Source of the DNA: Candidatus Micrarchaeota archaeon
Lineage (GTDB): Archaea > Micrarchaeota > Micrarchaeia > Micrarchaeales > CABMGC01
Length of the DNA stretch: 62,973 nucleotides
Reading direction: 5' to 3'
NCBI GenBank assembly: GCA_021804105.1
Contig: JAJZKP010000003.1
Span: 1 to 62,973, forward strand
In this document: positions 29,714 through 38,423 of the stretch, one piece after another
Position numbering within the stretch: position 1 is the first letter of the stretch
Layout: every line of letters begins with the position of its first letter
Position numbers and translations under genes: made by a program
Notes under the pieces: model-generated
Seen by the model: only the letters and a program-made list of their open reading frames with translations
What the model was told of the DNA's origin: nothing
Databases searched by the model: none

Positions 29714-30835
29714 ATGGATTACAGGCTCAGGTGCTCCAGATGCGCATCGTATTCCAGGGACAACACCCGCTTCAGATGCAGGTCGTGCGGATCAGTGCTA
29801 GAGGTAGAGTATAATTACAAGTCACTTGCACTGCCTGGCAATTTCAGGAGCATGCGCATCAGCAATGAGAAGTACACACCGTTCTTTCCTGTTGAATCCC
29901 TGCGTGCAGGGCTTGGCGAGGGTGGGACCCAACTCCTGCAGAAGCATATGCGCGTCACTAAGGGAATAAAGCTTTACCTGAAGATGGAGACCAAGAATCC
30001 TACGAGATCTTTCAAGGACCGTGGCTCCTCGGTGGAAATAACCAAAGCGCTTGATTTCGGATTCGATAGGGTTGTATGCGCCTCTACGGGCAACATGGGC
30101 ATGTCGATAGCCCATTATGCGAAGGCAATGGGGGTCAATGCCACCATATTCATAAGTGCCAACGCAAACAAGGCAAAAGTTGCGAAGATAAGGAAGTACG
30201 GTGCGCGGGTTGTGCACGTGGACAAGGACTTCAATGAAGCACTTAGGAAAGCAGAAGCTTTTGCGCTGACTGAATCAGCATTCGTATGCGGTGACTACCA
30301 TTTCAGGAAGGAGGGGCAAAAGACCGTTATTTACGAGATACTTGAACAGATGAGATATGATGTGCCTGATTTCGTCTTTGTTCCTGTGGGCAATGCCACA
30401 TTGCTCTCTGCGATACACAAGGGGCTTGTGGAATTCAGGATGCTGGGATGGATAGACAGGCTGCCAAGGATTATTGCGGTGCAGGCGGAAGGCTGCGACC
30501 CGCTGGTCAGGGCTTATGGCAGGAAGAGCAGGATAAGTTATATGGTTCCCAACACAGTAGCTGATGCGATAGCTGTTGGATACCCCACGTTCGGTCCACA
30601 GGGGCTCACGGCACTGAGGGATACAAGAGGCGATGCTATACGCGTGCCGGACCGGAAGATAATAGAAGCCGCGAGGCTGCTGAGAAAGGAGGGTATCTTC
30701 GCCGAGACTGGGGGTGCGACTGGCTTTGCAGGGTTGTTAGAGATGCGCGGTTGGAAAGGGAGGCCGCTTGAAGGAAAGAAGGTAGTGGTTGTGGTTACAG
30801 GCAATAATGAGCCAAGGGGTAGGATATGGTCCTAG
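29714..30835 (+). CDS. thrC: Threonine synthase (PLP-dependent)
   Basis: N-terminal Zn ribbon, LGEGGT, NPTRSFKDRG, ASTGN, EGQKT, VPVGNA. Confidence 0.85.
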   Translation: MDYRLRCSRCASYSRDNTRFRCRSCGSVLEVEYNYKSLALPGNFRSMRISNEKYTPFFPVESLRAGLGEGGTQLLQKHMRVTKGIKLYLKMETKNPTRSFKDRGSSVEITKALDFGFDRVVCASTGNMGMSIAHYAKAMGVNATIFISANANKAKVAKIRKYGARVVHVDKDFNEALRKAEAFALTESAFVCGDYHFRKEGQKTVIYEILEQMRYDVPDFVFVPVGNATLLSAIHKGLVEFRMLGWIDRLPRIIAVQAEGCDPLVRAYGRKSRISYMVPNTVADAIAVGYPTFGPQGLTALRDTRGDAIRVPDRKIIEAARLLRKEGIFAETGGATGFAGLLEMRGWKGRPLEGKKVVVVVTGNNEPRGRIWS

Positions 30836-31626
30836 TCTCGGAAAAGAAGACCATGAAGCTCCATGAACTTGAGCTGGTCATCAGAAGATGTCCCGTCTGC
30901 CTGAAAGACACAGAGCAGGACTCTTTCTATGTGCAGAATCCGGATTTCTGTGTTGAAGCCATGACGCCGACTACGCCGCAATTCAAGGTTGAGGTGACTC
31001 CGAAGGAGGAGCATGCCATGAACTGGTATATAGTGGCCAAGTGCAGGGAATGCGGTTACTTGTACAAGGTTACAGGCATACCGCAATACAAGCTCAAGGA
31101 GCTTAAGCAGCCAAAGGCTGTCGATGTAGAGCTGGCGCTCTTCTGTTGTGATATATGCTACAACGATGAAGCTAGATATGAGAATGCGGATGTTTTCATA
31201 AGGCTCAGCGAGGGCAAGAATGTCTACCTGTGCGAAAAGCATGCTGCAGAGGCGGAAAAGGAAAGGGCAAGGGATGGCTCGTACTCCTCACTACTCAGGA
31301 AGTTCGGTGTCTGGAGGATAAATGACGCGATGCCTAAAGCCGTCCAGCTCGCAGACGGAAGAGTGGTGGCCCTTGTAGGGGATCGCGGATACATGGAGCA
31401 GATACTCAAGGAACTTTCTAGCGGGGAAGCCGAACTGCAGGGTCTTGTAGGCGTATTGAAGGAGAAGGGCTCGATACACAAGACACCTAAGCTCATAGAA
31501 TTACAGGTAAGGTCGCTCCAGGCCCTGGGCCTGGTAATGGAAAGGCACAAGGGCAGCGTGTTCAGAAAGAGATATGTGTCCTTGACTTATATCGGAAAGC
31601 TGGTGGCTGAAAGGATGGGTCAGTAG
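30826..31626 (+). CDS. Hypothetical protein with two Zn-binding modules and C-terminal wHTH
   Basis: CPVC...CREC, CDIC...CEKH, LQALGLV...LTYIG. Confidence 0.6.
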   Translation: MVLVSEKKTMKLHELELVIRRCPVCLKDTEQDSFYVQNPDFCVEAMTPTTPQFKVEVTPKEEHAMNWYIVAKCRECGYLYKVTGIPQYKLKELKQPKAVDVELALFCCDICYNDEARYENADVFIRLSEGKNVYLCEKHAAEAEKERARDGSYSSLLRKFGVWRINDAMPKAVQLADGRVVALVGDRGYMEQILKELSSGEAELQGLVGVLKEKGSIHKTPKLIELQVRSLQALGLVMERHKGSVFRKRYVSLTYIGKLVAERMGQ

Positions 31627-32219
31627 ATCCGTTCCCCCCAAATAAACATATCGTCCTTAAGCTTCTTTGCCCTGTCCTTCTGCACGGAGAGTACCAGCAC
31701 GCCAGTATTATAGGTAGGTACATCGGAAAGCTCTTCAATTGGTACTTTGAGGTATATCGATGCAATGGCCCTGGTAACCCCGCCGTGCGTTACCATAAGG
31801 ACTGTCTTTCCCTTGTACTTTGCGTGTATCTTCCGAAGGAACAACCGCATGCGGCTTTTTACCTCCGTGAGGCTCTCCCCGTCCGTAGGCTTATACTCTT
31901 CGAAGGGAAGCCCGCTCTTCTCCGCGGCTTCCTTAAACAGAGCGTATGGCTTTCCCTCGAATATGCCTCCCTTCCGCTCCCGTATCTCCTTTGCGTAATA
32001 GACTGGGGAATCGTGGAAGCGTATTATCTCCTTTGCGGTCTGCTTCGCCCGCTTGAGGTCGCTGGAGAATATGACGTCTATATTCTCGCCTTTAAGTTTA
32101 AGCCCGAGCGACCTTGCCTGGATCCTGCCGTTCTTGTTTAGGTTTGTATCCAATGATCCCTGGAGCACGCCCTTCGCGTTTGCCTCGGTTTCACCATGCC
32201 TTACTATTATAAGTTTCAA
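31620..32219 (-). CDS. Histidine phosphatase family protein
   Basis: VRHGET, SSDLKRA, GES, VTHGG. Confidence 0.93.
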   Translation of the reverse strand: MKLIIVRHGETEANAKGVLQGSLDTNLNKNGRIQARSLGLKLKGENIDVIFSSDLKRAKQTAKEIIRFHDSPVYYAKEIRERKGGIFEGKPYALFKEAAEKSGLPFEEYKPTDGESLTEVKSRMRLFLRKIHAKYKGKTVLMVTHGGVTRAIASIYLKVPIEELSDVPTYNTGVLVLSVQKDRAKKLKDDMFIWGERIY

Positions 32220-32222
32220 TTA

Positions 32223-33029
32223 TTACACCGCATCGCGCAGTTTCCGTACCACTTTCGCCTCGTCTGCGCCTATTCTGCTTTTTATATTTGAGACAACGGC
32301 TTTTATCCCTTTTTCTATCTCGTCTGCAGACTGCAGGAGCATGGAGATGGTCCTGGCGTTCTGGCTAAGCCTGTCGTAGTATCTCGCAAACTCCTTCCTT
32401 TTCATGAGGCTCTTGCTTGCAAGGTCAAGCCTCCTTATAGCCTTGATCTCGTCAAGGAGGGTTCCGAATAACATGCTTACAGATTTATTGAAACGCTTTT
32501 GCCAGTCAGCCACGTCCTCTATCGCTGCTTTTATTGCATCCCTCTGCTGCGGAATCGAGACCCGCTTGCTGAATTCATCGAACTCCTTCTCTCTTATTTC
32601 GATGTACTTATTGAACAGCATCTCGGACATGTACTTGGTAGTGTCAGGGCCCAGCTTGTTAGCGCCCTTGGAGAATGCCGTGTCATAGTCCAGCTTCTTT
32701 GCCCTGTCCTTTAACACACCGTAAGCTTCATTTATCTCTTCGGACTTCTCCTTGGCTGCACTTTCTTCGCTGATATCAGGATGATATTTCTTGATCATCT
32801 TTACATATGCCTCGCGTATCGCCTTCTGGTCATCGGTGTATTTTATGCCAAGTGCCCCATAGTAATCCCCCATGGCCTTCTTGCCTATGTCTATTCCGAA
32901 CTTCTTTGCATCTGACCTGAATCTGCTCTCGATGCTTTTTATGTCGTTGGTAAGGCGATCGACTTTGCCCTCTATTCTTCCCTCATTGATTTCCTTCAAC
33001 CGTTCCGCCACGCCGTCCAGAAATCCCAT
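32223..33029 (-). CDS. DnaJ-domain protein
   Basis: DYYGALG...KYHPD...EINEAYGVL. Confidence 0.88.
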   Translation of the reverse strand: MGFLDGVAERLKEINEGRIEGKVDRLTNDIKSIESRFRSDAKKFGIDIGKKAMGDYYGALGIKYTDDQKAIREAYVKMIKKYHPDISEESAAKEKSEEINEAYGVLKDRAKKLDYDTAFSKGANKLGPDTTKYMSEMLFNKYIEIREKEFDEFSKRVSIPQQRDAIKAAIEDVADWQKRFNKSVSMLFGTLLDEIKAIRRLDLASKSLMKRKEFARYYDRLSQNARTISMLLQSADEIEKGIKAVVSNIKSRIGADEAKVVRKLRDAV

Positions 33030-33045
33030 GGTATCATTTGAGCAG

Positions 33046-34431
33046 TTATAGGGTTATTTTCTTTAGTATCTCGGAGCAGGCGCTTTCCGATAGCCTCTTG
33101 GGGATCCTGTTTACAAAGAGTTTTGCGCCATTAAGCCTTATGTCCTTGTGTTTTCCCACTTTTCCGTTCTTTATTGCATCACGCAGGAACGCATCGATGT
33201 CCTTGTACTTGTTCTTCTCGATTACATATATAGAGGAATCCTTGAGCACCACACCGATATTGTCCTTGTGCTGCTTCAGGAAATTCTCCGAGGCCTCGCG
33301 CATGAACACTTCCGGGCCCCTGATCAGGCGCGTTCTGGAGCTGGCCGTAGGGGCAATCAGAAGGATGTTGCCATAGCTTCCGGATATCCATGGTATGGCC
33401 ATGTGGATGCGGTAATCGTAGCGCGAAGCCATCTCAACCATCATATTTGCAACCTTCCTGAGCTGCGGCCATACTATATCTTCTGTCTTATCAGGCACCC
33501 TGGTGGATATCAGATAAAACGCGAATCCAGACTCCTTGATGAATCTGCTGGCGAGGCTTGCTGCAGATAGTGATGAGAACCCATAGCCGTAGAAGCACTT
33601 GATGCTTGGGTCTTTAACGAAGGCTCTTGACACAAGAATGAACCTTGACAACGATTCCAATGACACTCCTGCAGCTACATTCCTGTTCGGGTCAACCGGG
33701 TCGATCACAACAAAGTTGGAATTGAACCGTTTTGCTATAGCATTATCGCTTAGCCTTACTTTTGCCTTTGGGTCCAGTATAATCGGGAGGGTGAATCGTG
33801 ATGCATTGTCAAGCAGCTTGAATAGCGACCCGTAGTGGTATACCAGTATCTCACACAGGTATCCAGGGAATCCACCTACCTTTACTTCGGCCCCGTATAT
33901 GTGATGCACCTTCAGCAGCTGCTTCAGCACCCTTGCATCATCGCGCTGCTTCTCAGATAAATTAGCGTTTATGAAATCAGCATGCAGTGGTGTCCTATCC
34001 ACAGTGGTACCCATTTCCTCTATGCTATCTATCTTAAGTGCCGGCACCAGATCTATCCTTACAGCAAGTTCGTCTAGGTAAAGGCGCACGTATGGATGTT
34101 CTGCGTATTTTATCTCGTAGCGGTCCCTTTTACCGTTTGCCAGGGCCTTTCCATATGCAAGACCCTTACGTACCAGCTCGCCGGGGTCGGTCTTCTTCTG
34201 GAACAATACAAATATATCAACATCCGAATCGCCCTTCAGGTTTGTTTCACGTGCTATGGACCCTACGACCTTGAGCTCGACTCCTTTGTCAACTATGTTC
34301 TTCAGCCTGTGCATGACTGTGTTTATGCTGGCCGTGGTTGCATTCATCTCGACCTTGCTGGGCTTAACCTCTGATAATACCTTCCCAAATACACGCTCGG
34401 CGCGTTTTATCTTGCTGAGATCCATTCCCAA
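33046..34431 (-). CDS. cca: Archaeal class I CCA-adding tRNA nucleotidyltransferase
   Basis: GSIARETNLKGDSDVDIF, YAEHPY, VDRTPLH, GFPGYLCE, DPVDPNRNVAA. Confidence 0.96.
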   Translation of the reverse strand: MGMDLSKIKRAERVFGKVLSEVKPSKVEMNATTASINTVMHRLKNIVDKGVELKVVGSIARETNLKGDSDVDIFVLFQKKTDPGELVRKGLAYGKALANGKRDRYEIKYAEHPYVRLYLDELAVRIDLVPALKIDSIEEMGTTVDRTPLHADFINANLSEKQRDDARVLKQLLKVHHIYGAEVKVGGFPGYLCEILVYHYGSLFKLLDNASRFTLPIILDPKAKVRLSDNAIAKRFNSNFVVIDPVDPNRNVAAGVSLESLSRFILVSRAFVKDPSIKCFYGYGFSSLSAASLASRFIKESGFAFYLISTRVPDKTEDIVWPQLRKVANMMVEMASRYDYRIHMAIPWISGSYGNILLIAPTASSRTRLIRGPEVFMREASENFLKQHKDNIGVVLKDSSIYVIEKNKYKDIDAFLRDAIKNGKVGKHKDIRLNGAKLFVNRIPKRLSESACSEILKKITL

Positions 34432-34773
34432 TCAGCTCTTTGCCTGTACCTGCTTCTCTTGCTTGCCAGATTGCTTATTCATCTGTATGCCAAGATATGC
34501 AAGCTTGTATCCTATAGATGCAAAAAGAAAGAGCACAATTACTTCTATTGCCGCATATGTGCCGGTTGTTGCGGTGCTCTGGAGGTTGCTCGAGAGGATG
34601 CTAACTGATCCGTTTATGGTATTTCCGCCGCTCGGGCTTATCAGAGCGATGTCGTTCAGGTTACTGCTTGCACTTACATATATCCCATATCCTAAAAGCA
34701 GGGAAAACAGGATTATTATAACTCCTAGGCCTATCAGGGCATATCCAATGTATGTTGTTGCTGCCATGCGCAC
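34432..34773 (-). CDS. Hypothetical 2-TM membrane protein
   Basis: Two hydrophobic helices; abuts cca. Confidence 0.65.
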   Translation of the reverse strand: MRMAATTYIGYALIGLGVIIILFSLLLGYGIYVSASSNLNDIALISPSGGNTINGSVSILSSNLQSTATTGTYAAIEVIVLFLFASIGYKLAYLGIQMNKQSGKQEKQVQAKS

Positions 34774-34834
34774 GCGCCGCTATTACTTCCCAATGCAAAG
34801 CTTATAACGCTTGTGAGGTAAAGTCTATCTAAAC

Positions 34835-34906
34835 GGGCTCGTGGCTCAGTAGTAGAGCGTTCCGTTCGCAACGGAAAGGTCGCGGGTGCGATCCCCGCCG
34901 AGTCCA
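34835..34906 (+). tRNA. tRNA-Ala (CGC)
   Basis: Acceptor GGGCTCG/CGAGTCC with G3:U70, anticodon arm TTCCG-TT-CGC-AA-CGGAA. Confidence 0.93.
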
Positions 34907-34978
34907 ATTACATTTCCTTCGTGGACGGGTGCAATGGACCCCTGAAAGTTATTAAACATCGAATTGCATTATTATAGC

Positions 34979-35389
34979 ATGAGGAAATCAATAACGCAAG
35001 AAGACTCTTTTGGCTGTGGTGTAGCTTGCGTTGCTTGGATAACCAATAAGAGCTACAAGCGGGCTAAAAAGGAATATTTCAAAGATGCGAATAGTGCCAG
35101 TATTTTTGGTTACTTATGTAGGGATTTAGTAGCAGCATTAGCCAAAGCAAAAAAGCAATATAGTTACAAGTATGTAAAGGGAAGACTAAGGTTTCGTGAC
35201 GGCTATATCATCTTCATAAAAAGATCCAAGCGATATCCAGCAGGGCATTATTTTGTTAAGACAGGAAAGGGCTGGATGGATCCTTGGATAAACTTCGACT
35301 ATAGAAATGCAGAAGTTAATAGGGCGAATTCAGGTTTTCGTAAAAGATTACCAGGTAAACCAATCTACGTAATATCACCGCGTGTATAA
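34979..35389 (+). CDS. Peptidase C39-like cysteine protease domain protein
   Basis: QEDSFGCGVAC...GHYFV...WMDP catalytic pattern. Confidence 0.7.
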   Translation: MRKSITQEDSFGCGVACVAWITNKSYKRAKKEYFKDANSASIFGYLCRDLVAALAKAKKQYSYKYVKGRLRFRDGYIIFIKRSKRYPAGHYFVKTGKGWMDPWINFDYRNAEVNRANSGFRKRLPGKPIYVISPRV

Positions 35390-35391
35390 GA

Positions 35392-35411
35392 TAGATATAT
35401 TTATATATCTA
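35392..35411. promoter_or_regulatory. Palindrome overlapping TATA box of the toxin-antitoxin pair
   Basis: TAGATATAT-TT-ATATATCTA perfect inverted repeat. Confidence 0.45.
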
Positions 35412-35423
35412 ATTAGTATATAG

Positions 35424-35699
35424 ATGACTATGAAACAAATGCAAACACAGATAATGCACTCACCGACATTGGATACGGTATTAATGGTAGAACATACGCT
35501 GCAGGATGCGAAGGAAGTTATCAAGATAGCCGAGCTTAAGCGCAGATTGCCACGCAAGGTAATGCACCAAACATTGATGAAGATACTTGATTATCTTCAG
35601 GAGAGCGGCAAGATACTAATCACAACAAAGGGAGTTGTCTGGACTTACACACCTATAGATATGATGGAAAGACTGAAGAAGAGAGGATTGGAACTATGA
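35424..35699 (+). CDS. Small wHTH protein, probable antitoxin
   Basis: HSPTLDTVLMVE...ILDYLQESGKI; stop overlaps the ATG of the RelE-like gene. Confidence 0.65.
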   Translation: MTMKQMQTQIMHSPTLDTVLMVEHTLQDAKEVIKIAELKRRLPRKVMHQTLMKILDYLQESGKILITTKGVVWTYTPIDMMERLKKRGLEL

Positions 35700-36060
35700 A
35701 ACCTTCAAAGACAATAAGGTAATTCTTCAGAATCAGGCCAGAGAAGAGTATGAAACCCTATCCAGAGTTGTTGAAGAACAGAAGAAGAAACGCAAGACAA
35801 ACTCGGAAGAGATGCAACTTCTCAAATCCATAGACAAGAAAGTTGCATTGTTGAAATATAACCCTGCATATGGACAGAGCATATCCAAAGACCTAATTCC
35901 AAAAACACTGGATGTGGATAACCTTTTCAGAGTCGAATTAACGCATTATTGGAGAATGCTTTACACAATTAGAACAAACGAAGTGGAAATAGTAAGCTTT
36001 GTGCTTTACATTATAGACCATCCTTCTTACAACAAGCTCTTCGGGTATAAAGGCAGGTAG
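35696..36060 (+). pseudogene. RelE/ParE-like toxin with 1-nt frameshift near its start
   Basis: ATG at 35696 is out of frame with the open frame ...KVILQ...NPAYG...NLFRVELTHYWRMLYTI...IIDHPSYNKLFGY. Confidence 0.65.
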
Positions 36061-36136
36061 GCTATATGCAAACGTAGGCACCTGCAAAATACATAGAGCA
36101 TCCAATTACCTAATGTAAAGGCGCAACCATCACTTG

Positions 36137-36196
36137 AAGACTGCCTATCGCCGAGTCTATTTTTGCTTTACGAGGAAGCAGGGTATGAATCCTGTA
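36137..36196 (+). repeat. Cassette junction 1 (tRNA-Ala 3'-end copy plus conserved flank)
   Basis: AAGACTGC-CTAT-CGCCGAGTCTA...TTTACGAGGAAGCAG; 36151-36196 matches 38321-38366 at 38/46 nt. Confidence 0.8.
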
Positions 36197-36210
36197 GCTC
36201 AACTGGTGTC

Positions 36211-36260
36211 TACCCCTACAGTTTGATGAAAATATTAATATTTATAAATGTGTAGGGGTA
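36211..36260. promoter_or_regulatory. 10-bp inverted repeat bracketing the Fic promoter
   Basis: TACCCCTACA-N30-TGTAGGGGTA enclosing TTTATAAA. Confidence 0.6.
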
Positions 36261-36269
36261 AGTATTATT

Positions 36270-37157
36270 ATGGTACGTATAAGAGAAAGAAAGTACGGGA
36301 ATAAAAAGTACTATTATCTCGAACATTCGTTCAGGCTTAATGGCACTGTTATTAAGAAAGAAAAATATCTGGGAAGTAGTATACCTAAAGGCATAGACAG
36401 AATAAAGCGCGATTTTCTTACACGAGTTTATACTCAAAAATGGTATTTGTCGTTGAATAAGATAAAGGCAGCTTATAAAAAGGACATTGATTCTGCAACC
36501 CCTTCTGAAAAAGACAAAGAAATTGAGGGGTTTATGATTAAGTTTACTTATGATACTCAAAAAATAGAGGGGTCAACTCTAACCTTAAAGGAAACTGCCA
36601 ATTTACTACAGCATGGAGTAACGCCTTCAAATAAGCCTTCCAGAGATGTTAAGGAAGCTGAGGCCCATTCAAATATTTTTTATAACATGCTGAAATATAA
36701 AAAAGACTTAACTCTGCAACTAATCTTGGAATGGCATCATTCCCTTTTTGAGAATACAAAAAAAGACATAGCTGGAAAGATACGGACGAGGCAAGTATGG
36801 ATATATGGTAGTAAATTTGTGCCACCGAGTCCAATAGAAGTCATGACATTACTTGATGATTTTTTTAGCTGGTACAATAAAAACAAAATGAAAATGCATC
36901 CTGTTGAGTTAGCTGCGCTTGCGCATTTAAAATTCGTTACAGTACATCCGTTCATAGATGGAAATGGAAGGTTATCACGACTTGTTATGAACTTTATTTT
37001 AAACAAGCTTGGCTATCCGATGCTCAATATATCTTACAAAAATAGAGTAGGCTATTACAATGCTTTAGAAAGGGCACAAGTGAAGAAAATTGATTCGATA
37101 TTTGTACTTTGGTTCTTTAGGAGATATATAAAGGAACACCAAAGATACCTAAAATAG
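36270..37157 (+). CDS. Fic family protein
   Basis: HPFIDGNGRLSR catalytic motif; TQKIEGS inhibitory-helix-like motif. Confidence 0.95.
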   Translation: MVRIRERKYGNKKYYYLEHSFRLNGTVIKKEKYLGSSIPKGIDRIKRDFLTRVYTQKWYLSLNKIKAAYKKDIDSATPSEKDKEIEGFMIKFTYDTQKIEGSTLTLKETANLLQHGVTPSNKPSRDVKEAEAHSNIFYNMLKYKKDLTLQLILEWHHSLFENTKKDIAGKIRTRQVWIYGSKFVPPSPIEVMTLLDDFFSWYNKNKMKMHPVELAALAHLKFVTVHPFIDGNGRLSRLVMNFILNKLGYPMLNISYKNRVGYYNALERAQVKKIDSIFVLWFFRRYIKEHQRYLK

Positions 37158-37166
37158 GATGATTTC

Positions 37167-37425
37167 ATGAAGCACACAGACGAAGTTACAAGAGAAACAT
37201 ATAACAGAATGGTGGGTAGTTGGGCGTCTCGGTTTTTTGATACATCATTAATGAAAAGAGAGAACGCAGTTTGAAAAACTCTGTAAAAATGGATCTTCAA
37301 TACTCGGCGCTGGATGTGGAGCTGGTAGAGATACAGTATGTTTTATTAGCGATGGTTATAACGTAATACGTATAGATTATTAAAAATCTATGTTAAAGGA
37401 GGCTAAGAAAAGAAATAGCTGCATA
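37167..37425 (+). pseudogene. Degraded class I SAM-dependent methyltransferase fragment
   Basis: MKHTDEVTRETYN, then frameshift to SILGAGCGAGRD...VIRIDY*KSMLKEAKKR with an in-frame stop; truncated. Confidence 0.75.
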
Positions 37426-37453
37426 ATAAAAGCACTTAGAAAGGGCCGCACGA

Positions 37454-37476
37454 AAGACTGCGGGACGCCGGGCCCA
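37454..37476 (+). repeat. Cassette junction 2 (divergent tRNA-Ala 3'-end copy)
   Basis: AAGACTGC-GGGA-CGCCGGGCCCA: same 8-mer and spacing as junction 1. Confidence 0.6.
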
Positions 37477-37570
37477 TAAAGTCTATCATACCCCGAGTAT
37501 GACTTACCAATAATAGTTAACGAAGTGTTTGTTGGTGAAGACCCTGTAGCAAGGTTTTAATATGTTTATT

Positions 37571-37587
37571 CACATAATAATTATGTG
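37571..37587. promoter_or_regulatory. Probable antitoxin operator
   Basis: CACATAAT-A-ATTATGTG perfect palindrome just before the ATG at 37593. Confidence 0.6.
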
Positions 37588-37592
37588 GTTAT

Positions 37593-37835
37593 ATGCCCAA
37601 CATAACGTTAGTCATAAGTGAAGAGCTTAGAAGAGATATGGAAAAACACCCATCGATTAAATGGTCGAGCGCCGTAAGAAACATAATAGAGCAGAAGCTT
37701 GCCGATTTCAAAGAGTTGGAAAAACTAGCGGAAAAGAGCAAGTTTACCATGAAGGACTGGAAGCTTATAGAAAAGAAGGTATCGAAGAGCATGGCAAAGC
37801 ATGCAAAGGCGCTTCTCGATGAGAGTAACAGTTGA
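37593..37835 (+). CDS. Ribbon-helix-helix antitoxin (VapB-like)
   Basis: MPNITLVISEELRRDM...IKWSSAVR; overlaps the PIN gene. Confidence 0.8.
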   Translation: MPNITLVISEELRRDMEKHPSIKWSSAVRNIIEQKLADFKELEKLAEKSKFTMKDWKLIEKKVSKSMAKHAKALLDESNS

Positions 37836-38229
37836 TGCGAATATCCTGTTTGCCTGCCTGATAAAGGATTCGACTACCAGGCGCCTAGTTCTCAACCCTA
37901 CACTTACACTTTTTGCCCCAGGATTTCTCAAGGATGAACTGGCAGCCCATATCATAGAAATCAAGGAAAAGTCAGGGATGAATGACGAGGAGCTATTACG
38001 CATGATTCAGAAAGTATTTGCTCAGGTAACATTTGTGCCAGACAAAGACCTTAAACCCTTCTTACATGCTGCTGCTAGCCTAATTGCAGACCAAAAAGAT
38101 TGGCTCTATCTTGCATGCGCATTGAATGAGGATACTGTAATATGGAGCAATGATAATGATTTTGGTCCGCAGAAGAGAATTAGAGTTCTTAAGACAAAAG
38201 AGCTTATGTCGATTGTTGGCTCGCTGTAA
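37819..38229 (+). CDS. PIN-domain toxin (VapC-like)
   Basis: VDANILF, DQKDWLYLACAL, IWSNDNDF. Confidence 0.9.
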   Translation: MRVTVDANILFACLIKDSTTRRLVLNPTLTLFAPGFLKDELAAHIIEIKEKSGMNDEELLRMIQKVFAQVTFVPDKDLKPFLHAAASLIADQKDWLYLACALNEDTVIWSNDNDFGPQKRIRVLKTKELMSIVGSL

Positions 38230-38306
38230 ATAATTAGACATACTGCACAAACGATAGTAAACAATATCGAACACTACTATCTAACATTCTTTGTAAATAA
38301 TACTCG

Positions 38307-38366
38307 TTTGCTGTCGTCCTCCGAGTCCATTTTACGTTTACGAGGAAGCAGTGCATAAATCCCGTA
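38307..38366 (+). repeat. Cassette junction 3 (tRNA-Ala 3'-end copy plus conserved flank)
   Basis: CCGAGTCCA is identical to the last 9 nt of tRNA-Ala, followed by TTTACGAGGAAGCAG...AATCCCGTA. Confidence 0.8.
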
Positions 38367-38423
38367 AAGAACAATTATATACCAATACATCCCGACTAAA
38401 GTTTCCACAAAGCAGATAACAGG

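Larger units (their letters stand above)
34907..38366. mobile_element. tRNA-Ala-anchored array of small accessory cassettes (no integrase in window)
   Basis: Visibly AT-richer DNA; toxin-antitoxin, Fic and pseudogene cargo; tRNA 3'-end copies at about 36149, 37466 and 38321. Confidence 0.7.

Noticed and set aside
36137-38366. CRISPR array interpretation of the junction repeats
   Set aside because: Repeats are about 1 kb apart, degenerate and separated by genes; no cas genes in the window.
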